DNA of 64,000 nt from an uncultured Bacteroidales bacterium (GTDB taxonomy: Bacteria > Bacteroidota > Bacteroidia > Bacteroidales > Paludibacteraceae): contig CAMOUL010000003.1 of the NCBI GenBank assembly GCA_946626605.1, positions 19,696 to 83,695 of the forward strand, in the 5' to 3' direction. Of this stretch, positions 57,341-64,000 are shown one piece after another. Position numbers and translations under genes: made by a program. The first letter of the stretch is position 1. Each line of letters starts with the position of its first letter. The notes under the pieces are model-generated. The model was not told where the DNA came from. It made no database searches and saw only the letters and a program-made list of their open reading frames with translations.

Positions 57341-58318
57341 TTACCTTTTTTCATCCCATCCAAAAGGATGTTTTGCCAGTGGCAGTTTAGCCAGCGGATG
57401 GTAATCGCCCACTAATCCGATGGGTTCGCTATGGCGAATCTCCGCTACGGTTTCGATGCACGGACGTGCTTCAGAAATACGGAAACCGTTGCCGGCCAAT
57501 ATCTGCTTATAACTCTCGGTATGCAACTCCGTGAAACCGGCAGAGAATTCAAACTCTTCTCCGTCGATATTCAACGTACGGTACGTCCGTTTCTCGCCTT
57601 GCACCGCATTAGCCGGCAGACAAGCCGCGTTGATACTCAGGAAGTAACGCACACGCGCCTTCTCCAACTCCAGATATCCGGCCACGCGATCAAAACTCAT
57701 CACATGAACGATATTTTTCTTCACCGGTCCAAAGATCCACTGTAACATATCATAGAAATGCACACCAATATTGGTAGCTATACCGCCACTCTTGTGCACG
57801 TCTCCTTTCCAACTTGCATAGTACCAGTTTCCGCGACTCGTGATATAGGTCAGGTCCACATCGTAGATCTTATCCTTCGGTCCTTTGTCCACTTTCTCCT
57901 TCAGCGCCCGAATCTTATCGTGCAGACGCAATTGCAAAATCGTATACGCCTTATGCCCCGTCTCCTTCTCCAACTCTACCAGATTATCGATATTATACGG
58001 ATTCAGCACTAACGGTTTCTCACATATCACATCGCATCCCAGACGCAGACCATAGCGAATAAACGCATCGTGCGTGTAGTTCGGCGTACAAATAGACAGC
58101 CAATGCAACGGGTTATTGGTTCGCATCTGCTTCGAGCAGAATCGGTCAAACTGCTCATTTTCCGTAAAGAAAGAGCAATCCGGGAAACTGCTGTCCAATC
58201 GTCCCACGCTATCGAACTTATCATAAGCCACTAACAGGTTGTTGCCCGTATCAGCAATCGCCTTAATATGTCGCGGCGCTATATATCCCGCGGCTCCAAT
58301 CAATCCAAAATTCATCAT
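57341..58318 (-). CDS. Gfo/Idh/MocA-family sugar-nucleotide oxidoreductase
   Basis: The N-terminal Rossmann motif is FGLIGAAGYIAPRH. Confidence 0.75.
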   Translation of the reverse strand: MMNFGLIGAAGYIAPRHIKAIADTGNNLLVAYDKFDSVGRLDSSFPDCSFFTENEQFDRFCSKQMRTNNPLHWLSICTPNYTHDAFIRYGLRLGCDVICEKPLVLNPYNIDNLVELEKETGHKAYTILQLRLHDKIRALKEKVDKGPKDKIYDVDLTYITSRGNWYYASWKGDVHKSGGIATNIGVHFYDMLQWIFGPVKKNIVHVMSFDRVAGYLELEKARVRYFLSINAACLPANAVQGEKRTYRTLNIDGEEFEFSAGFTELHTESYKQILAGNGFRISEARPCIETVAEIRHSEPIGLVGDYHPLAKLPLAKHPFGWDEKR

Positions 58319-59094
58319 ATCAACAATCGCTTTATGCTGTTTTTTATGGTTTGTAGTATTTCTTCTTTCTTATTTAGAATTGCATTATTTGTCCATCGTT
58401 GCGGATGGGTGGTGATCATCACATGGGCCGGCAAAAGACCCTGATTAATCGCATCTATCAATTCCGGCGTCGTATGCCATGTCAGTCCGGATGCCGTCCA
58501 TTTGTCTTGAAATTCAGGTATCTTATCGCGACGGGAAACCTGATATCCGTCCCAACAGCGACCGGTATCTGTCAAATAGAACACATCGCTGAAATCCGTA
58601 TCCAGATACGGTTCTCCGATTATTCCCAACTCCTTGTAGTCATACGTCTTCCAAAGATCCTTGTTATCGTACTTGCTGGTCGGCGAACCGTGCATACAGA
58701 TCGTCTCTACAGCATAGTAATAACGAAAATATTCCAGCCAACTCGTGAAATGCGAATACGCTTTCTCCGCGTTACCCTTACAAAGACTCATATCCTCGTA
58801 GTGATAGCCTATCTCATGGCCTAACTGCACGATTGCACGAATCACATCCGGGTTATTGCTCTCTCTCCCCACACGGAAATAATAACTTGCCTTCACACCT
58901 GTCGAACGTTCTATCTGTGCCGTTCTAAGGCTATTTTTCGGACGAGCATCTACATCGTGACGAAGGATAATATACTTACCCTTTTTCTTCTCTCCCTTCG
59001 ACTTGCAGTACTGCGCAAAGGTAATAAACTCATACCCCTGGCTCTGCAGCGTCTCTATCAATTCCCGATATATGTCTAAACTAAAGTCTCTCAT
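58315..59094 (-). CDS. Putative polysaccharide deacetylase-like protein
   Basis: The ILRHDVD motif and the locus context support this. The assignment is weak. Confidence 0.45.
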   Translation of the reverse strand: MRDFSLDIYRELIETLQSQGYEFITFAQYCKSKGEKKKGKYIILRHDVDARPKNSLRTAQIERSTGVKASYYFRVGRESNNPDVIRAIVQLGHEIGYHYEDMSLCKGNAEKAYSHFTSWLEYFRYYYAVETICMHGSPTSKYDNKDLWKTYDYKELGIIGEPYLDTDFSDVFYLTDTGRCWDGYQVSRRDKIPEFQDKWTASGLTWHTTPELIDAINQGLLPAHVMITTHPQRWTNNAILNKKEEILQTIKNSIKRLLI

Positions 59095-59217
59095 TCTTCA
59101 TTCTTCCTCACCCGCCTTAGCGATATGTTCTCAATCAAAAACGTTCTTTTGCGGATGGGGCCCGCAAAAGCACGAGCGGGGGGCACCGCGTTTTTTGATG
59201 AGAAGCATTCGCTATTT

Positions 59218-60159
59218 TTACCTCTCTGCACGCATCGGATTATTTAAAAAATCTTTATATGCTAAGCGTATTCCCTCTTCCAACTCGGTCTTATACGTCC
59301 ATCCCAACTTGGTTGCTTTACTTACATCCAGCAACTTACGCGGCGTACCGTCCGGACGAGTCGTATCCCAAAGGATCTCGCCTTCGTAGCCTACCACCTT
59401 CGCCACCAACTCCGTCAACGCCTTTATCGTCAACTCCTTACCCGTTCCGGCATTTACCGTCTCATTACCCGAGTAGTTATTCATCAGGAACACGCACAGG
59501 TTCGCCAAATCGTCCACATAAAGGAACTCTCTTAAAGGACTTCCTGTTCCCCAGCACGTCACACTCTTTGCCCCACTCTCTTTTGCCTCGTGAAAACGTC
59601 TGATCAACGCAGGAAGTACATGGCTGTGCTCCGGATGGTAGTTGTCGTTCGGACCGTACAGATTCGTTGGCATCACAGAAATATAATCCGTCCCGTATTG
59701 TCTATTCAAAAACTCGCAATACTTCAAACCGCTGATTTTCGCCAAAGCATATGCCTCATTCGTCTTCTCCAACTCACCCGTCAACAAACAACTCTCCTGC
59801 ATGGGCTGCGGAGCCATACGCGGGTAAATACAACTTGAACCCAAAAACTCCAATTTCTTCACCCCGTTCTTCCACGCCGCATGGATCACGTTCATTTCCA
59901 GAATCATGTTATCGTACATAAAGTCCGCCAAATGACGCTCATTAGCGATAATTCCTCCCACTTTGGCGGCTGCCAAGAACACATACTCCGGCTTCTCCGT
60001 TTCAAAGAAACGCTCCACATCCTCCTGACGGCACAAATCCAATTCTTTGTGCGTACGAGTGATGATATTCGTATATCCCTGACGTTGCAATTCCCGCACA
60101 ATGGCACTTCCCACCATGCCTCTATGCCCGGCTACATAAATTTTTGAATTCTTTTCCAT
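59218..60159 (-). CDS. fcl: GDP-L-fucose synthase
   Basis: It contains [13 protein letters not shown] and an SDR fold, and is adjacent to gmd. Confidence 0.9.
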   Translation of the reverse strand: MEKNSKIYVAGHRGMVGSAIVRELQRQGYTNIITRTHKELDLCRQEDVERFFETEKPEYVFLAAAKVGGIIANERHLADFMYDNMILEMNVIHAAWKNGVKKLEFLGSSCIYPRMAPQPMQESCLLTGELEKTNEAYALAKISGLKYCEFLNRQYGTDYISVMPTNLYGPNDNYHPEHSHVLPALIRRFHEAKESGAKSVTCWGTGSPLREFLYVDDLANLCVFLMNNYSGNETVNAGTGKELTIKALTELVAKVVGYEGEILWDTTRPDGTPRKLLDVSKATKLGWTYKTELEEGIRLAYKDFLNNPMRAER

Positions 60160-60177
60160 AACTGCTTAAACTCGTTT

Positions 60178-60221
60178 TTAGACTCGCGTAAGACTCGCGT
60201 AAGACTCATGTAAGACTCATG
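60178..60221. repeat. Tandem 11-nt repeat, 4 units
   Basis: The units are TTAGACTCGCG TAAGACTCGCG TAAGACTCATG TAAGACTCATG. Confidence 0.85.
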
Positions 60222-60277
60222 TCGTATCCCGCACCACCCTATATATACATAAATGTATATATTCCGTGATTTTGGTT

Positions 60278-61351
60278 TTATTTAACTATTCCCTTCTCCA
60301 AATACTCGGCCAGATTGAAGTGTTCACGAGTCACTTTCTGCATATCATGCTTCACCATCAGCTCTACCAACTGCTCGAAACTCGTGCTCTGCGGATTCCA
60401 GCCCAACTCTTTCTTCGCCTTCGTCGGATCACCTAACAGATTCACCACATCCGTCGGACGATAGAAATCAGGACTGACTGCTACAACCACCTTACCGGTC
60501 TTGACATCAATTCCCTTTTCATCGATACCCTTACCTTCCCATCGCAACTCAATACCCGCATGGTGGAACGCCAAGGTCGCAAACTCACGAACACTATGCT
60601 GAACACCCGTAGCGATCACAAAATCCTCAGGCGTCTCATGCTGCAGAATCAACCACATACACTCTACATAATCCTTCGCATAACCCCAGTCGCGCAAACT
60701 GTCCAGATTGCCCAGATACAAGCAATCCTGCATTCCTTGCGCGATACGAGCGGCAGCCAATGTGATTTTTCTCGTCACGAACGTCTCGCCGCGGCGCTCA
60801 CTCTCATGATTAAACAAGATACCCGAGCAGCAGAACATATTATATGCCTCGCGGTACTCTTTAATGATCCAATAACCGTACAACTTGGCTACGGCATATG
60901 GACTATACGGATGGAACGGAGTCGTCTCACTCTGAGGCACTTCCTCTACTTTTCCGTACAACTCACTCGTCGAAGCCTGATAGATCCTACATTTTGCCTC
61001 TAAGTGGTTCGTTCTTACCGCTTCCAAGATACGCAGTACACCTACTGCATCTACATCCGCTGTGAACTCCGGAGCATCGAAACTGACCTGCACATGGCTC
61101 TGGGCCGCCAGATTATAGATCTCATCCGGCTGCACTTTTCCCACCAATTTCACAAGCGACATCGAGTCACTCATATCGGCATAGTGTAAGTGAAAATGAG
61201 GTGTTCCCTCCAAGTGAGCAATTCGCTCGCGGAAATCAACTGAACTACGGCGAATAATACCGTGAACCTCATACCCTTTGGCTAATAAGAACTCGGACAA
61301 GTAACTTCCATCTTGCCCCGTTACACCTGTTATTAATGCTACTTTACTCAT
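60278..61351 (-). CDS. gmd: GDP-mannose 4,6-dehydratase
   Basis: It starts [18 protein letters not shown]. The start lies after a minus-strand TAccTTTG box (61372-61379). Confidence 0.9.
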   Translation of the reverse strand: MSKVALITGVTGQDGSYLSEFLLAKGYEVHGIIRRSSVDFRERIAHLEGTPHFHLHYADMSDSMSLVKLVGKVQPDEIYNLAAQSHVQVSFDAPEFTADVDAVGVLRILEAVRTNHLEAKCRIYQASTSELYGKVEEVPQSETTPFHPYSPYAVAKLYGYWIIKEYREAYNMFCCSGILFNHESERRGETFVTRKITLAAARIAQGMQDCLYLGNLDSLRDWGYAKDYVECMWLILQHETPEDFVIATGVQHSVREFATLAFHHAGIELRWEGKGIDEKGIDVKTGKVVVAVSPDFYRPTDVVNLLGDPTKAKKELGWNPQSTSFEQLVELMVKHDMQKVTREHFNLAEYLEKGIVK

Positions 61352-61456
61352 AAATTCACAAAAATTCGCGCAAAGGTACAACTTTTTTTTTATATACGCA
61401 AGCCCGCGCGCAAAAAATTCTTTAAAAAGTGTCAAATTGCCCTAAAAATGAATTTC

Positions 61457-61491
61457 TTTTAACTTTCCACTTTCCACTTTCAACTTTTATT
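61457..61491. repeat. Heptamer tandem array, reverse-complement orientation of the GTGGAAA family
   Basis: The units are TTTTAAC TTTCCAC TTTCCAC TTTCAAC TTTTATT. Confidence 0.8.
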
Positions 61492-61519
61492 ACTACCTTT
61501 GCATGCCATTTTGTGTGCA

Positions 61520-64000
61520 ATGAAGAAAGAAGGAAACATAGAAGTCATCGGAGCTCGGGTGCATAACCTGAAGAATATCAGCGTCTCTATGCCCCGAAAA
61601 CAACTCACAGTCATCACAGGCTTGAGTGGCTCAGGTAAGTCGTCGCTTGCTTTCGACACCATTTTTGCCGAAGGACAACGACGCTATATGGATACCTTCT
61701 CTTCCTATGCTCGCGGTTTTATTGGCCAAATGCAGAGGCCGGATGTCGATAAAATAACAGGTCTCAGTCCGGTCATTTCCATTGACCAAAAAACGACCAC
61801 AAAAAACCCGCGCTCTACGGTCGGAACAATCACCGAAGTATACGATTTCGTTCGTCTGCTATTTGCACGCGCCGGAGTTGCCTATTCTTACCTTTCCGGT
61901 AAGCCTATGGTGCACTATACGGACCAACAAATTATCGACCTCATCATTCGAGAATACGCAGGGAAGAAGATTCTCCTTTTAGCTCCGCTAATCAATGCGC
62001 GAAAGGGGCATTATAAAGAACTTTTCGAGACTATTCGCAAGAAGGGATTTTTACTCGTTCGCGTGGACGGAGAAGTGCGGGAGATTGTAGCCGGAATGAA
62101 GCTCGATCGGTATAAAACGCACACCATAGAAGTGGTCGTTGATCGGCTTAAACCGAAGGCGGATGGCAATGAAGAGGACATCCGTCGTTTGCGGCAGTCC
62201 GTCGACCGCGCGATGACACAAGGAAATGGTATCATGCTCATCTCCGAAATCGATGATTCCACCCCGCAAGCGGAGAACGGCGTCAAGATGCGCTACCTTA
62301 GTCGCAACCTCATGTGCCCGGACACAGGTCTTTCTTACATGGATCCTGCGCCGCACACCTTCTCCTTCAACTCTCCAGCCGGTTGGTGCCCGTGCTGCAA
62401 AGGATTAGGAAAAATCAAAGCGGAAAGCCTCCAGGTCGATAAAGAAGAAGTGGATGAAATCATCCAAGACGAGAATTGGTACGAACAGTTATTGCAACTC
62501 ACTTCTGCACAAACCGACGAAGAAGAGACGGAAGAGAAAGAAGTATATATCACCTGCCCCGAATGTCAGGGAAAACGACTCAATAAAGAAGCACGCAGTT
62601 ATCGCTTAGGTAAGTATACAATCTCTGACTTGTCAGAGATGGACATTGATGTATTATTGGCTACGCTCACCGACATCCCTAACTCTCCGGATTTGACGGA
62701 TTTACAGAAAGCCATTGCCGAACCCATCCTCAAGGAGATTTGTGCCCGATTGCAGTTTATGCAGTCCGTAGGACTCAGTTATTTGAACCTCAACCGCAGT
62801 AGCGAATCGCTCTCCGGCGGAGAGAGTCAACGGATCCGGTTAGCCACCCAAATTGGTAGTCGTTTAGTGAACGTTCTTTACATTCTCGACGAGCCTTCCA
62901 TCGGTTTACACCAACGTGATAATCAACGACTTATACGCAGCCTGAAAGAACTGCGAGACATGAATAATTCAGTCATTGTCGTCGAGCACGATGAGCAAAT
63001 CATGCGAGAGGCAGATTGGATCGTCGATATCGGTCCAAAAGCCGGACGACTTGGAGGTAAAGTACTCTTCTCCGGCACACCCGAAGAACTGCTCAAAACC
63101 GACACACTTACCGCCCAATATCTGAACGGCACAAAATCGGTCACGGCAGATAGAACGGATGAAAGCCGGCAGAAAGCAAAGAATGACGATAAATGGCTTA
63201 CACTCTCCGGCTGTACGGGCAACAACCTGAAAAACGTCACAGCGCGTATTCCGTTAGGAAAAATGGTGTGTATAACAGGTGTCAGCGGCTCTGGAAAATC
63301 ATCCCTGATCAACCAAACCCTGTACCCTATTCTCAGTCAACATTTCTATCGCAGCAAGCAGCAACCCCTGCCTTACGAAGCCATCGCAGGCATGGAGTAT
63401 ATCGACAAAGTAATCAATGTGGATCAATCTCCTATCGGTCGCACTCCTCGATCAAATCCGGCAACATACACGAATGTTTTTAATGACATCCGGGAACTTT
63501 TCGCACAACTACCCGAAGCAAAAATCCGCGGATGGAAGGCCGGGCGTTTCTCCTTCAACGCCAAAGGCGGACGATGTGAAGAATGCATGGGAAACGGTTA
63601 CAAAACGATCCAGATGCACTTCATGCCCGATGTGTTCGTTCCTTGCGAGACCTGCGGAGGACAGCGATATAACCGCGAGACACTCGAAGTGAGATGGAAA
63701 GGCAAATCTATTGCCGATGTGCTCGATATGACCGTCAATCAGGCTGTGGAGTTCTTTGAACCGCAACCACGTATCCTACGTAAGATAAAGACCATTCAAG
63801 AGGTCGGTTTAGGTTATATCAAACTCGGTCAAGCCTCTACTTCGCTTTCCGGTGGAGAAAGCCAACGAATCAAGTTAGCTACCGAACTTTCCCGTCCTTC
63901 AACGGGCAAGACCTTATATATCCTTGATGAACCTACCACAGGCTTACACTTCGAAGATATTCGCGTGTTGCTCAATGTGCTGCGTCGCCTGGTAGACAAA
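61520..64000 (+). CDS. uvrA: Excinuclease ABC subunit A, 3'-truncated by the window edge (not in the ORF track)
   Basis: My own translation begins [56 protein letters not shown]. The frame stays open for 827 codons to nt 64000. It contains the LSGGE signature. A TAccTTTG box lies at 61494-61501. Confidence 0.9.
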   Translation, partial: MKKEGNIEVIGARVHNLKNISVSMPRKQLTVITGLSGSGKSSLAFDTIFAEGQRRYMDTFSSYARGFIGQMQRPDVDKITGLSPVISIDQKTTTKNPRSTVGTITEVYDFVRLLFARAGVAYSYLSGKPMVHYTDQQIIDLIIREYAGKKILLLAPLINARKGHYKELFETIRKKGFLLVRVDGEVREIVAGMKLDRYKTHTIEVVVDRLKPKADGNEEDIRRLRQSVDRAMTQGNGIMLISEIDDSTPQAENGVKMRYLSRNLMCPDTGLSYMDPAPHTFSFNSPAGWCPCCKGLGKIKAESLQVDKEEVDEIIQDENWYEQLLQLTSAQTDEEETEEKEVYITCPECQGKRLNKEARSYRLGKYTISDLSEMDIDVLLATLTDIPNSPDLTDLQKAIAEPILKEICARLQFMQSVGLSYLNLNRSSESLSGGESQRIRLATQIGSRLVNVLYILDEPSIGLHQRDNQRLIRSLKELRDMNNSVIVVEHDEQIMREADWIVDIGPKAGRLGGKVLFSGTPEELLKTDTLTAQYLNGTKSVTADRTDESRQKAKNDDKWLTLSGCTGNNLKNVTARIPLGKMVCITGVSGSGKSSLINQTLYPILSQHFYRSKQQPLPYEAIAGMEYIDKVINVDQSPIGRTPRSNPATYTNVFNDIRELFAQLPEAKIRGWKAGRFSFNAKGGRCEECMGNGYKTIQMHFMPDVFVPCETCGGQRYNRETLEVRWKGKSIADVLDMTVNQAVEFFEPQPRILRKIKTIQEVGLGYIKLGQASTSLSGGESQRIKLATELSRPSTGKTLYILDEPTTGLHFEDIRVLLNVLRRLVDK

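Noticed and set aside
61352-61435. The track adds 28 N-terminal codons to gmd.
   Set aside because: The extension runs through the promoter box. The conserved [15 protein letters not shown] starts at 61351.

Overview
This window looks like a chromosomal segment from a Bacteroidales-type bacterium (Prevotella/Bacteroides-like). The evidence is recurrent TTTG / TAnnTTTG promoter boxes, a methylmalonyl-CoA decarboxylase (propionate) operon, TonB-dependent uptake loci and capsule/EPS loci. The most unusual locus is at the left edge. It holds the 3' end of a type II-C-like cas9 whose stop overlaps (ATGA) the start of an HUH/Y1 (IS200/RAYT-like) tyrosine-transposase-family gene. That gene occupies the slot where cas1-cas2 normally sit. 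It is followed by a small CRISPR array with dimorphic 67/46-nt repeats, a terminator and a well-supported tracrRNA. No cas1/cas2-like ORF is visible anywhere in the window. The rest is mostly housekeeping: rubredoxin (44 aa, missing from the ORF track), lon, ispE, a sensor kinase, mce-mmdADCB, a COG0523 metallochaperone, a DUF2723 membrane protein, and a wzx/wzy glycosyltransferase locus. It continues with serB, gltX, recQ, rpsB-tsf, rplM-rpsI, tRNA-Gly plus RNase P RNA, a GH13 amylase, and a cobalamin-riboswitch-controlled btuB operon. It ends with a wza-wza-wzc export module, gmd/fcl, and a 3'-truncated uvrA (also missing from the track). A second unexplained signal runs through the whole window. 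Short degenerate tandem arrays phased at 7 nt (some at 8 or 11 nt) sit in leaders and intergenic spacers. They also sit in frame inside conserved genes (gltX, recQ, btuB, a GAF protein), and one 18-mer is read in two different frames. All family assignments are from motif recognition by eye; no database search was run.
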